Of a stretch of 64,000 nucleotides of DNA, positions 10,130 through 19,773 are shown piece by piece. The stretch lies in contig JAUSED010000012.1 of NCBI GenBank assembly GCA_030650425.1, forward strand, positions 64,905-128,904, given 5' to 3'. A model generated the notes under the pieces. That model did no database searches. It saw only the letters and a list, made by a program, of their open reading frames with translations, and was not told where the DNA came from. A program made the position numbers and the translations under genes. This DNA is from Candidatus Omnitrophota bacterium (lineage in GTDB: Bacteria; Omnitrophota; Gorgyraeia; Gygaellales; Profunditerraquicolaceae). The stretch's first letter is position 1. Each line of letters begins with the position of its first letter.

Positions 10130-10581
10130 GTAAAATTGTCGCCTCTAACCATAAAGGATACCGGGATTATAGCGTTATCGAGAGTTTTGAGTGCGGCATT
10201 GAACTAAAAGGAAGCGAAGTAAAGTCCATCAGGCAGGCTAAAGTTACTTTGAATGACAGCTTTGCCCGCATTGAAGAAGGCGAGCTGTTTTTATATAACA
10301 CGCATATAAGTCCTTATGCTGAAGCTAGTTATATGAATGTCGAGCCAACGCGAAAACGCAGGCTCCTTTTGCATAAGAATCAGATTGAGAAGTTAGAGGG
10401 TAAGTTGACCCAAAAAAGCCTTACCCTCATTCCCCTAAAAGTGTATTTTAATGACCGGGGATTCGTAAAGGTTGAATTGGCTCTTTGTAAAGGAAAGAAG
10501 CTCTACGATAAAAGAGATGATATTAAGCGGCGCGAAACGGATTTACAGATGCGCCGGATGATGAAGAACATAAGAAAATAG
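10126..10581 (+). CDS. smpB: SsrA-binding protein
   Basis: GIELKGSEVKSIR, KGKKLYDKR; abuts tmRNA. Confidence 0.97.
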   Translation: MSKIVASNHKGYRDYSVIESFECGIELKGSEVKSIRQAKVTLNDSFARIEEGELFLYNTHISPYAEASYMNVEPTRKRRLLLHKNQIEKLEGKLTQKSLTLIPLKVYFNDRGFVKVELALCKGKKLYDKRDDIKRRETDLQMRRMMKNIRK

Positions 10582-11004
10582 GGGGTGAATTGGGCTCGAC
10601 TTAGGCCGTCGGGTAAGAGCAGCATGTCGCGGACGCATGGTTAGCCGCGTTAAAAACCCGTGCACAATACAAACGCAAACACAAAAAACCGTTTGTTAAA
10701 TAACGTTCAGCCAGTAATGGCAACTCCAGTAATGGGGATGCCGTTATTTGCTGGCGTTATGCCAGTCTTCGGTAACTAAATTACCGAAGCCTCTATCCAT
10801 CCAGCCTACGGGATGAAATAGAGACTTAGTAGGATAGTCCCGCGTAATTTGCCTTTGTAGGCGGGATGAAGCTTTTAAAGGCTGCGGTTTGCAAATCCTG
10901 CCTTGCGGGAGTTGCAAGCGTAAGCGTAAAACACAGGGCTAAACATGTAGCGGCTTTTATTCGGTTGTTTAAGGACGCCGGTTCGATTCCGGCCACCTCC
11001 ACCA
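10581..11004 (+). ncRNA. ssrA: tmRNA, ~424 nt; tag ORF 10675-10779
   Basis: 5' GGGGGTG...CTCGAC; 3' GGACGCCGGTTCGATTCCGGCCACCTCCACCA with G3.U pair; resume GCA AAC; stop codon in hairpin CTTCGGTAA/TTACCGAAG. Confidence 0.95.
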
Positions 11005-11101
11005 AAATTTTCCGACAAGGAAAATTTTGGTGGATACTCAAGCGAGCGTTAAAAACCGCGTCAAGCGGTTTAGCGAGCGGAGTATCTTTAAATCAAAATC
11101 T

Positions 11102-12220
11102 ATGAAAATCAAAAACCAGATAATTTTTGTATTAATTGCTTGCGTAATTATTATTTCATTATCGGGCTGCGCCACCGTACCGTTAAAACAAGCCTTTCCC
11201 ACTTATAGCCTCAACGGCGTAACTTATTATCCGCTCATTCCGCTTTGCGAGACAAAAGGAATAAATTGGCAGTATGATACGTTTACCAAGATCGCCGTTT
11301 TAAATAAAGGGGGGCATAGGATAAATTTAAAGGTTGGTGATGATTTGGTTTTGGTTGACCAGAGGGCGATTCTGCTTAATCACCCCGTAGATCTTTACGA
11401 GGGAGCGCCGGTTGTGCCGGCTAAATTCAAAGAGCAGGTTATCGATACCTTGTTCCGGGAAGAAAAAATATCCCCCAAAAAAGCAATCGTCTTTTCTATC
11501 TCCAGAAAGATTAAAAAGGTAGTGGTTGATGCCGGGCATGGGGGTAATGACCCCGGCGCGATAGGCAGGACAGGCCTGAGGGAAAAGGATGTTAATTTAG
11601 ATATTGCTAAAAGATTGGCCGCGCTTTTGAAGTCGGAAGGGGTGAATGTAGTAATGACGCGGAGCGTCGACAAGTTTATTCCTTTGGGTACGCGGGTACA
11701 GATTACCAATAGCTCAAAAGCGGATCTTTTCATGAGCATACATTCCAACGCTAATCACGCCAAGAGTGTAAATGGGTTTGAAGTTTATTATGTTGCCTCG
11801 AGTTTAAATGATGCCAAGCGCGCGCTTTTTGCCGCCCGCAACGCCAGCCTTAATCTGGATGACGCTTCGTTTGCCAGTAATTCCGTTAATTTGAAAGCTA
11901 TGCTTTGGGATATGATTTATACTTATGATCGCGCGGAGTCAATACAGTTGGCCAAAAATATCTGTAAATCCGTAGGGAGTAATATGGATGTCAGGGTAAT
12001 CGGGGTAAAAGACGCCCGCTACGCAGTCTTGCGCGGCTCAAGGATTCCGGCAGTATTGATCGAAACCGGGTTTGTTTCTAATTACAACGAAGAACGGATG
12101 CTGAAAAACGGTTTTTACCGTCAGAAAATCGCGGAGAGCATAATGGAAGGGATAAGCGATTATGCTCAGGAATTGATCTTAGCGGAGGTTGCTCAAAATG
12201 AGGCCCATAGGAGTTTTTGA
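11102..12220 (+). CDS. N-acetylmuramoyl-L-alanine amidase (Amidase_3), lipoprotein
   Basis: Likely start MKIKNQ at 11102, lipobox LSGC, VDAGHGG, SIHSN, LIETGF. Confidence 0.92.
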   Translation: MKIKNQIIFVLIACVIIISLSGCATVPLKQAFPTYSLNGVTYYPLIPLCETKGINWQYDTFTKIAVLNKGGHRINLKVGDDLVLVDQRAILLNHPVDLYEGAPVVPAKFKEQVIDTLFREEKISPKKAIVFSISRKIKKVVVDAGHGGNDPGAIGRTGLREKDVNLDIAKRLAALLKSEGVNVVMTRSVDKFIPLGTRVQITNSSKADLFMSIHSNANHAKSVNGFEVYYVASSLNDAKRALFAARNASLNLDDASFASNSVNLKAMLWDMIYTYDRAESIQLAKNICKSVGSNMDVRVIGVKDARYAVLRGSRIPAVLIETGFVSNYNEERMLKNGFYRQKIAESIMEGISDYAQELILAEVAQNEAHRSF

Positions 12221-12989
12221 TTCCGGAGTAGGAGGATTGACTGTGGTCAAAGAATTAATCCGCCAGCTCCCTAATGAGAATATAGTTTATTTCGGCGATA
12301 CTGCCCGCGTTCCTTACGGGATTAAGTCTAAAGAAACGGTAATTCGTTTCTCCATTGAAAATATTCTTTTTCTGCTTAAGCATGATGTTAAATTTATTTG
12401 TGTCGCCTGTAATACTGTATCCAGCTTCGCGTTGCCGGAGATTAAGCATCATTTTCGGGTTCCTATCGTGGGCGTGATTACGCCCGGCGCAAGAGAAGCG
12501 GTCTATGCCACGCGGAATAAGCGGGTCGGCGTTATCGGTACCAAAGGAACGATTAAGAGCCGCGCTTATGAGAATGAAATTCGGCAGTTTGACCCCGCAG
12601 TAAAAGTTACGGCGATTGCCTGTCCTTTGTTTGTTCCTTTTGTCGAGGAGGGTTGGTTAGGCGGCGAGGTAGTCACAAGCGTGGTCAGGTATTATTTAAA
12701 GCCGCTGAAAGAGGCGGGAGTGGATACGCTTATTTTAGGGTGCACGCATTATCCATTGCTTAAATCCGTAATCCAAGAAGTGATGGGGAAGAAGGTTACT
12801 TTGATTGATTCAGCCAAACAAGTCGCCGTTGAAGTACAGGAGATCCTTTCCAACGAAGGGCTTTTGAATAAAAAAGGGAAGGCTAGGCATGAGTTTTTCG
12901 TCAGCGATAATCCTGAATGGTTTAGTAATCTGGCGCGGAGGTTTTTAGGCCGGCCATTAAGGAATGTAAAGAAGGTGACTAATGTATAA
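12198..12989 (+). CDS. murI: Glutamate racemase
   Basis: FDSGVGGLTV, VACNT, LGCTHYP. Confidence 0.96.
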   Translation: MRPIGVFDSGVGGLTVVKELIRQLPNENIVYFGDTARVPYGIKSKETVIRFSIENILFLLKHDVKFICVACNTVSSFALPEIKHHFRVPIVGVITPGAREAVYATRNKRVGVIGTKGTIKSRAYENEIRQFDPAVKVTAIACPLFVPFVEEGWLGGEVVTSVVRYYLKPLKEAGVDTLILGCTHYPLLKSVIQEVMGKKVTLIDSAKQVAVEVQEILSNEGLLNKKGKARHEFFVSDNPEWFSNLARRFLGRPLRNVKKVTNV

Positions 12990-13341
12990 AATAAAAATAG
13001 AGGGAGATTTCAGTTCGGCGCATAACCTAAGGGGATATAAGGGTAAATGCGAAGAGTTGCACGGCCATAACTGGAAGGTGGAGCTTGCGGTAACTAGCCC
13101 CAAGCTGGATAAGATCGGCATGGTGATGGATTTCAAATTTTTAAAAGAAAAACTATACAACCTTTTAGATAAATTAGACCATAAATATTTAAACGAGATC
13201 GATTATTTTAAGAAGATAAATCCAACTTCCGAAAATATCGCCAAATATCTATACGATAATCTCAAATTAAAAGTTCCCGGCCTTTATTCCGTGACGGTTT
13301 GGGAATCGGATAAAGCCAGCGCCACTTATTATGTTAAATAA
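12982..13341 (+). CDS. queD: 6-carboxytetrahydropterin synthase
   Basis: FSSAH, CEELHGHNW, PTSENIA. Confidence 0.95.
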   Translation: MYKIKIEGDFSSAHNLRGYKGKCEELHGHNWKVELAVTSPKLDKIGMVMDFKFLKEKLYNLLDKLDHKYLNEIDYFKKINPTSENIAKYLYDNLKLKVPGLYSVTVWESDKASATYYVK

Positions 13342-13990
13342 GAAGGCAGTTGTTCTTTTATCCGGCGGGCTTGATTCAGCCGTAACTTTATATTTTGCCA
13401 GGAGTAAAGGATTTGATTGTCATTGTCTTGCCTTTGATTACGGCCAGCGCCACCATCGGGAATTACAGGCCGCGCAAAAGATTTCCCGATTAACAGATTC
13501 TCCGTTAAAAATCATTAAAATTGTTCTACCATGGGGAGGTTCTGCTCTTTTAGATGATAAAATAAAATTACCAAGTTCTAAACACCCATCGTCCAGGGTC
13601 ATTCCTTCAACTTATGTGCCGGGCCGCAACATTATTTTTTTAAGCTTTGCTCTTTCTTTTGCTGAGGCAATCGGCGCCAGGGGGATATTCATCGGGGCTC
13701 ACGCTCAGGACTATTCAGGATATCCTGATTGCCGGCCGGAGTTCTACCGCGCGTTTAAAAAAGTAATTTCAACCGGAACAAAGGCAGGAGTGCAACATAA
13801 AGGAATTGAAATTACAACGCCGCTAATTAATAAGACAAAGGCTGAAATTATCAGGTTGGGAAATAAGTTGGGAGTACCATTTGAGTTGACTTGGTCTTGC
13901 TATCAAGGCGGAAAGAAACCTTGCGGCAGATGCGACAGCTGCTATTTTAGGAATAAGGGATTTAGGGAGGCGGGAATAGCACAAAAATGA
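13331..13990 (+). CDS. queC: 7-cyano-7-deazaguanine synthase
   Basis: SGGLDS, TYVPGRN, YPDCR, CGRCDSC. Confidence 0.96.
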   Translation: MLNKKAVVLLSGGLDSAVTLYFARSKGFDCHCLAFDYGQRHHRELQAAQKISRLTDSPLKIIKIVLPWGGSALLDDKIKLPSSKHPSSRVIPSTYVPGRNIIFLSFALSFAEAIGARGIFIGAHAQDYSGYPDCRPEFYRAFKKVISTGTKAGVQHKGIEITTPLINKTKAEIIRLGNKLGVPFELTWSCYQGGKKPCGRCDSCYFRNKGFREAGIAQK

Positions 13991-14658
13991 GGGGAAGAAT
14001 AGCGGAAGTTTTCGATAGCATTCAGGGTGAGGGTCTTTATCTGGGGGAGAAACAGATCTTCGTGCGTTTCTACGGCTGTAACCTCGAGTGTAAATTTTGC
14101 GATACCAAACTAAAAAGTTTTATGGAATACGAGCCCGATGAATTATTCCAAGAGCTTAAATTATATCAGGACAGTTATCATTCAGTTTCATTTACCGGAG
14201 GAGAGCCGCTTTCGCAGAAAGATTTCCTAAAAGAGATGCTCAAGCTCACCCGTAAAGATAATTTTAGGAATTATCTCGAGACCAACGGAGTACTCCACGA
14301 AGAATTAAAAGAAGTCATAGATTACGTGGATATAGTGGCGATGGACCTGAAATTACCCAGTTCAACCGGCTTAGGTGATTTTTGGGAGGAGCATCGCCTA
14401 TTTTTAAAGATTGCTTCCAAGCGCGAGGTTTTTTTAAAGGTGGTAATCTGCAGCCAGAGCAAGGAAGAAGATTTAAAAAAAGCCTTAAGGCTGGTCCGTG
14501 AAACCGCGCCGGAAGCGGTTTTAGTCTTACAGCCGGATAGCAGTGTGGATAAGGTATATCTGCACGACAAATTACATACTTTTAAGGAGCTCTGTAAAAA
14601 AGAAAGAGTCACTGCTTGTTTGGTAGAGCAAATCCATAAAGTGATAGGAGTTAGATGA
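13987..14658 (+). CDS. queE: 7-carboxy-7-deazaguanine synthase (radical SAM)
   Basis: SIQGEG, CNLECKFCDT, TGGEP. Confidence 0.94.
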   Translation: MRGRIAEVFDSIQGEGLYLGEKQIFVRFYGCNLECKFCDTKLKSFMEYEPDELFQELKLYQDSYHSVSFTGGEPLSQKDFLKEMLKLTRKDNFRNYLETNGVLHEELKEVIDYVDIVAMDLKLPSSTGLGDFWEEHRLFLKIASKREVFLKVVICSQSKEEDLKKALRLVRETAPEAVLVLQPDSSVDKVYLHDKLHTFKELCKKERVTACLVEQIHKVIGVR

Positions 14659-15086
14659 GAAGACAGAAGACTGAAGACAGAAGACAGAGATTTTCAACGT
14701 ATGAGGGGCTGCAAAAAAATATCAGGAATCTCAAGACTCCTGAAATTGAAGTCTGGAAGAATCAGTATCCGGATAAGGACTATACGATTGTTTTGGATAT
14801 TCCGGAATTTACTTGTATCTGCCCGAAGACAGGATTACCGGATTTCGCCACCATAAAAATAGAATATTTACCGGCGGCGTATTGCGTAGAACTTAAGTCT
14901 TTTAAGTTGTACACCATATTTTATCGGAAGATCGGCATATTTCATGAGCATCTGACGAATAAAATCTTGGATGATTTTGTGAAGGCCTCTGGGCCGCGTT
15001 GGGCCAAGATTACCAGCCAGTTTAATCCCCGCGGTGGAATTATAACTACAGTGATCAGGGAATATAAAGATGATCAAGACAATTAA
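14655..15086 (+). CDS. queF: preQ1 synthase (type I QueF)
   Basis: EFTCICPKTGLPDF, ELKSFKLY, PRGG. Confidence 0.95.
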   Translation: MRRQKTEDRRQRFSTYEGLQKNIRNLKTPEIEVWKNQYPDKDYTIVLDIPEFTCICPKTGLPDFATIKIEYLPAAYCVELKSFKLYTIFYRKIGIFHEHLTNKILDDFVKASGPRWAKITSQFNPRGGIITTVIREYKDDQDN

Positions 15087-15924
15087 AGCTGATAAGATTA
15101 CTCAGGTTGTGGCAGATTTATGCGTGAAGGCGAATTGCGTTCTAAGGAGCGATGTCTTGCGTAAGCTTAAAGCCGCGTACAAGCAGGAAAAAAATATCCG
15201 GGCCAAAAAAGCGCTGGAAGCAATTATCAAGAATGCCGGGATAGCCCAAAAAGAAAAATTAGCGATTTGTCAGGACACCGGCTTGCCGATTGTCTTCATT
15301 GAATTGGGGCAGGATGTGCGGATTATCGGCGATCTTAAAAAAGCAGTGATGAGAGGGATTGAGTTAGGCTATAAAAAAGGAAATTTTAGAGAATCGATTA
15401 TCCGCGATCCTCTTAAAAGAGGTAAGCCCTTGTATAAAGGAACGATTATCCACGCAGATATAGTCAGGGGGAGTAAATTAAAGATAACCGTTTTACCAAA
15501 GGGATTCGGCTGTGAAAATAAATCCCAGCTTAAAATGTTTAATCCTACTGCCAGCCTCGATGAAATAAAAAAGTTTGTGGTTGATGTTGTTAGGTCCAGC
15601 GGTCCGGATGCCTGTCCGCCATATGTAGTTGGCGTGGGAATAGGAGGGGCAGCGGATTACGCCGGATTTTTAGCTAAGAGAGCACTGCTTAAGGGAATAA
15701 ACAGTGGACATCAGAAGGGACTGTCCCCGAAGGGGACTGTCCCTGAACTTGAACGAGAATTATTATTTGAAATAAATAAGCTCCATATTGGCCCCATGGG
15801 TTTAGGTGGAAAAACAACAGCATTAGCCGTAAATATTGAAAACTATCCTACGCATATTGCGGGTCTGCCTGTCGCGGTGAATATAAACTGCCATGCCTTG
15901 CGCAGCGCGAGTGTCAGATTATGA
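15070..15924 (+). CDS. Fe-S fumarate hydratase, alpha subunit
   Basis: CQDTG, KGFGCEN, ACPP, GPMGLGG, CHALR. Confidence 0.92.
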   Translation: MIKTIKADKITQVVADLCVKANCVLRSDVLRKLKAAYKQEKNIRAKKALEAIIKNAGIAQKEKLAICQDTGLPIVFIELGQDVRIIGDLKKAVMRGIELGYKKGNFRESIIRDPLKRGKPLYKGTIIHADIVRGSKLKITVLPKGFGCENKSQLKMFNPTASLDEIKKFVVDVVRSSGPDACPPYVVGVGIGGAADYAGFLAKRALLKGINSGHQKGLSPKGTVPELERELLFEINKLHIGPMGLGGKTTALAVNIENYPTHIAGLPVAVNINCHALRSASVRL

Positions 15925-16442
15925 AAAAAATAACTACTCCTTTAAAAGAAGCAGATATTTTAAGCTTACGAATGGGCGATGAGGTTTTATTGAGCGGTGA
16001 AATCTATACTGCGCGCGATCAAGCGCACAAAAGGCTGGTTGAGGCAGTAAAAGGAAGAAAAAGGTTGCCCATAGATTTACGCAGCGCGATTATCTATTAC
16101 TGCGGCCCGGCCAAAACTCCTAAGGGAAAAATTATTGGTTCCTGCGGTCCGACCACAAGCCGGCGGATGGACATATTCACGCCTTTATTGCTCAAAAAAG
16201 GTTTAAAAGGAATGATTGGTAAGGGAACCCGTTCTAAAGAAGTAAGGCAGGCAATCAGAAAGTACAAAGCAGTATATTTTTTAGCTCCGGCTGGATGCGG
16301 AGCGCTTATTTCAAAATATGTCAAAGCCTTAAAAGTAATCGCCTATCAAGATTTAGGCCCGGAGAGTATAACGCGACTTAAAGTAAAAGATTTTCCGCTT
16401 ATCGTAGGGATAGACGCTAAAGGAGGTAGTATTTATGGTTAG
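15921..16442 (+). CDS. Fe-S fumarate hydratase, beta subunit
   Basis: [20 protein letters not shown]. Confidence 0.92.
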   Translation: MKKITTPLKEADILSLRMGDEVLLSGEIYTARDQAHKRLVEAVKGRKRLPIDLRSAIIYYCGPAKTPKGKIIGSCGPTTSRRMDIFTPLLLKKGLKGMIGKGTRSKEVRQAIRKYKAVYFLAPAGCGALISKYVKALKVIAYQDLGPESITRLKVKDFPLIVGIDAKGGSIYG

Positions 16443-17148
16443 ATTAGACGGACGAGGCAATGATAAAATCAGAAAAGTAAACATTACCCGTAATTATTTA
16501 AAATATCCGGAAGGTTCCTGTCTTATCGAGCTGGGGAATACCAAGCTTATCTGTACCGCGTCGGTGGAAGAGAGCGTTCCTCCGTTTTTAAAAGGAAGCG
16601 GGAGCGGATGGGTTACCGCTGAATATGGGATGCTTCCGCGCTCCTGCGACAGGCGCATACCGCGGGGGAAAGATTCCGGCCGGACCTATGAAATACAGCG
16701 GTTGGTGGGCAGGTCGCTGCGCACAGTTACGGATATGAAGTCTATGGGCGAACGCTCTATCTGGATTGATTGCGATGTGATTCAGGGAGACGGCGGCACG
16801 CGCACTGCCGCGATTACCGGGAGTTTTGTTGCTTTGGTTGATGCCTTAAGTAAATTGAAGAAATCCGGATTGATTAAAAACGTTCCGATTAGCGATTATG
16901 TTGCTGCTACTAGTATTGGAATCGTGAACGGTGAGATGCTTTTGGATTTATGTTACGAAGAGGATTCCAAAGCCGAAGTGGATATGAATATTGTGATGAC
17001 TGCCGCCGGCGAATTTATTGAGATTCAGGGGACAGCCGAGCGCAAGCCGTTTGCCAAAGAGAAAATGGATAAGATGCTGGTTCTGGCGCAAAAGGGGATC
17101 GAAGATTTATTCAGCGTTCAACGTAAGCTAGTTGGCGATATCTTATGA
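16435..17148 (+). CDS. rph: Ribonuclease PH
   Basis: [35 protein letters not shown]. Confidence 0.97.
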   Translation: MVRLDGRGNDKIRKVNITRNYLKYPEGSCLIELGNTKLICTASVEESVPPFLKGSGSGWVTAEYGMLPRSCDRRIPRGKDSGRTYEIQRLVGRSLRTVTDMKSMGERSIWIDCDVIQGDGGTRTAAITGSFVALVDALSKLKKSGLIKNVPISDYVAATSIGIVNGEMLLDLCYEEDSKAEVDMNIVMTAAGEFIEIQGTAERKPFAKEKMDKMLVLAQKGIEDLFSVQRKLVGDIL

Positions 17149-17747
17149 CAGAGTTGGTCGTTGCTACTAAAAATAAGAAGAAACTAAAAGAGATCAAAAT
17201 AATTCTTAAAGGTTTAAAGTTAAAAATAAGTTCTTTGTCAGATTATAATGATATTCCGCGTATCATTGAAAATGGAAAAACCTTTCGGGAGAATGCCGTA
17301 AAGAAAGCAGTTAAGGTTGCCCGGGCTAGCGGAAAGCTGGCCCTCGGAGAAGACTCCGGGCTTTGCGTTGAGGCGTTGAATGGCGCTCCCGGGATTTACT
17401 CGGCACGTTTTTCAGGGAAAGATAAGAGTGACGTTAAAAATAATTTAAAATTACTCAGGCTGCTCAAAGGCTTACCCTTAAGCGAAAGAAAAGCGCATTA
17501 TGTTTGCGCGGTTGCTTTGGCGGATAAAGATGGTTTGGTTGGAGTAGTTGAGGGCAAGTGTAATGGTATAATCGGGTTGGAATTAAAAGGCCGGCACGGC
17601 TTTGGTTATGATCCGTTGTTTGTTATCCCTAAATTCAAAAAAACCTTTGGCCAGTTAGATGAGCGCCTAAAGCACAAGATGAGCCATCGTTACCATGCTT
17701 TAGCAAAAACCAGAAACATTCTCAATAAATATATTGAGAAAGATTAA
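17145..17747 (+). CDS. rdgB: dITP/XTP pyrophosphatase
   Basis: EDSGL, PGIYSAR, GFGYDP, SHR. Confidence 0.95.
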   Translation: MTELVVATKNKKKLKEIKIILKGLKLKISSLSDYNDIPRIIENGKTFRENAVKKAVKVARASGKLALGEDSGLCVEALNGAPGIYSARFSGKDKSDVKNNLKLLRLLKGLPLSERKAHYVCAVALADKDGLVGVVEGKCNGIIGLELKGRHGFGYDPLFVIPKFKKTFGQLDERLKHKMSHRYHALAKTRNILNKYIEKD

Positions 17748-17770
17748 GCTATTGATATAATAAAATTTCA

Positions 17771-17845
17771 CGGGGGATGGCTCAGTTTGGCTAGAGCGCT
17801 TGCTTTGGGAGCAAGAGGTCGAGAGTTCAAATCTCTCTCCCCCGA
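17771..17845 (+). tRNA. tRNA-Pro(TGG), CCA not encoded
   Basis: CGGGGGA...TCCCCCG; anticodon arm CTTGC-TTTGGGA-GCAAG. Confidence 0.95.
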
Positions 17846-17850
17846 ATTAT

Positions 17851-17927
17851 GCGCCTGTAGCTCAAATGGATAGAGCACCTGCCTTCTAAGCAGGCGGTTG
17901 GCCGTTCGATTCGGCCCAGGCGCACCA
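17851..17927 (+). tRNA. tRNA-Arg(TCT)
   Basis: GCGCCTG...CAGGCGCACCA; anticodon arm CCTGC-CTTCTAA-GCAGG. Confidence 0.95.
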
Positions 17928-17935
17928 GTAAAATT

Positions 17936-19138
17936 ATGAATAAAGCGGAAAAAACCATAGGGTTAGTGATTATAGGTTTTGCCATCGCCTTTGGCTTAGT
18001 CTATATACTCTTAAGCCTGACCGGCGAGTCTATTATCACTAGCCAGATCGAGCAGCTGACCCACAAGAAAACAACGATTGGGCATTTTAACCTTAGCCCC
18101 GCGCTTAATCTGGAGATAAAAGACCTTAAGGTTGAAGGTTTGGCCAAGATAAAATCGATTTCTATCACGACAAACCTTCCTAGTTTATTCACCGGTAGAA
18201 CGGTCTTTAACAGCCTGAAGATTGTCTCTCCGGAATTTACCTTCGTTAAAGCGCCAGCCCCTGCTTCTATTGTAGGCGAGGTAAAGGCAAGTACAGATGT
18301 TATTTCTCCTGCTCCTGCCGGGCAAGTAGTTGTAGCTGTAAAGCCCAGAGCAATAAGGTTGATGCCGCTAGGTTTTCGCCGAATACGAATAGAAAATGGG
18401 GTGGTTAATTTTCTTGACCAGAGCATCAGCGCAGACGGAATAAAAATAGTCTTAAAAGACATAAGCTGTAAGATTTCCAACCTTTATTTTTACCCGCGCC
18501 CTATCGCTACCAGTTTTGAGCTGAAAGGCAAGATTCCGTGGAGAGAAGGGCAGGATGTCGGCCAGCTGAATATCGACGGATGGGTGAATTTATTTAAAAA
18601 GGATATGCAGGCGACTTTAAAGATCAAAGATATCGACGCGGTTTATTTGCATCCCTATTATTCTAACTGGGTGAATTTGGAGAAGGCGCGCATTGAAAAA
18701 GCCAAGCTTAATTTTACCACTGATATCATCGGGTTGAATAATAATGTCAGCGCCGAATGCCACTTGGAGTTGACCGATATGGTGCGTAAGCCGCTTGAGC
18801 CCGGGCAGGGTGAAGAGAAGGCATCTAAGATTACGGATAAAGTGCTGGATATGTTTAAAACCGTTGATCAGGGAAAGGTCGAACTTAATTTTACCCTGAA
18901 GACCAAGATGGATAGCCCGCAGTTTGGCTTTGGTGCCTTCAAGATGGCTTTTGAAGAGAAAATCTCAAAAGGCTTGGGCCTCTTAAGCCCTAAGCCGGAG
19001 AATATTCTGGCCTTACCGTTTAAGATTATGGAAAACGGGGTGAAGAGTTTTGCGGATTTAACCCGGGCAATGATTGACGGCGTCTTTGCCATCGGTAGAG
19101 AAATCGGCCACGCAGGTAAAGGCTCAACTCAAAAATAA
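17936..19138 (+). CDS. AsmA/DUF748-like protein
   Basis: N-terminal TM followed by beta-rich body (IRIENGVVNFLD, LNIDGWVN). Confidence 0.65.
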   Translation: MNKAEKTIGLVIIGFAIAFGLVYILLSLTGESIITSQIEQLTHKKTTIGHFNLSPALNLEIKDLKVEGLAKIKSISITTNLPSLFTGRTVFNSLKIVSPEFTFVKAPAPASIVGEVKASTDVISPAPAGQVVVAVKPRAIRLMPLGFRRIRIENGVVNFLDQSISADGIKIVLKDISCKISNLYFYPRPIATSFELKGKIPWREGQDVGQLNIDGWVNLFKKDMQATLKIKDIDAVYLHPYYSNWVNLEKARIEKAKLNFTTDIIGLNNNVSAECHLELTDMVRKPLEPGQGEEKASKITDKVLDMFKTVDQGKVELNFTLKTKMDSPQFGFGAFKMAFEEKISKGLGLLSPKPENILALPFKIMENGVKSFADLTRAMIDGVFAIGREIGHAGKGSTQK

Positions 19139-19194
19139 TTAATAGCCATGGTTTTGGTTGGTTATGGCGTCAGATTGTGAACTGTTGCATTGTC

Positions 19195-19223
19195 TTGACA
19201 GGTAAAGAGTTCTTTGATATAAT
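19195..19223 (+). promoter_or_regulatory. Consensus sigma70 promoter for HNH gene and tRNA-His
   Basis: TTGACA-17-TATAAT, 6 nt before ATG 19230. Confidence 0.85.
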
Positions 19224-19229
19224 TATTTT

Positions 19230-19688
19230 ATGATAAAAAGAAAATGTAAAGTTTGCGGGAAAGTATTCTTTATAAAAAAATTTCATGCGGAAAAGGGGTG
19301 GGGAAAGTATTGTTCAGTTAAATGTCACGCAAAAGGGCAGAGAAATGGAAAATGGGTTGAATGCGTTTATTGCGGGAAAAAGATTTACAGGACACCCCGT
19401 GATTATAGAAAATCAAAAAGTAAGAGATTCTTTTGTTCAGTAAGATGCCATTGCTCATGGGAGAATAAAAATGTCAGGTGTGGAGTTAATTCTCCCAATT
19501 GGGTTGCAGGTGAAAGTGCTTATCGTGATTTAATGCATAGATATAATATTCCGTATGAATGCTCTAAATGCGGAATCTCTGATAAAAGGGTATTAATCGT
19601 GCACCATAAAGATGGCGATAGAAAAAATAATAGTATTAAGAATTTAGAACGCCTTTGTTGTAATTGTCACGCAATTTTGCATAACTAG
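19230..19688 (+). CDS. HNH endonuclease with two N-terminal Zn-finger repeats
   Basis: CxxCGK...YCSxxC twice; CSKCG...VHHKDGDRKNNSIKNLERLCCNCH. Confidence 0.88.
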   Translation: MIKRKCKVCGKVFFIKKFHAEKGWGKYCSVKCHAKGQRNGKWVECVYCGKKIYRTPRDYRKSKSKRFFCSVRCHCSWENKNVRCGVNSPNWVAGESAYRDLMHRYNIPYECSKCGISDKRVLIVHHKDGDRKNNSIKNLERLCCNCHAILHN

Positions 19689-19694
19689 TTTTAT

Positions 19695-19773
19695 GGTGGC
19701 TATAGCTCAATTGGTTAGAGCGTCTGACTGTGGCTCAGAAGGTTTGCGGGTTCGATCCCCGTTAGCCACCCTA
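19695..19773 (+). tRNA. tRNA-His(GTG) with G-1; 3' end reads C-CTA instead of C-CCA (attL)
   Basis: G-GTGGCTA...TAGCCAC-C; anticodon arm TCTGA-CTGTGGC-TCAGA. Confidence 0.95.

Noticed and set aside
10826-11105. ORFs 10826-11041(-) and 10866-11105(+), and the upstream extension of the amidase from 11027
   Set aside because: They overlap the tmRNA and its downstream hairpins; spurious frames
12982-15086. queDCEF as a Dpd-type DNA-modification defence system
   Set aside because: Sits in a housekeeping operon, includes queF and has no dpdA; ordinary queuosine synthesis
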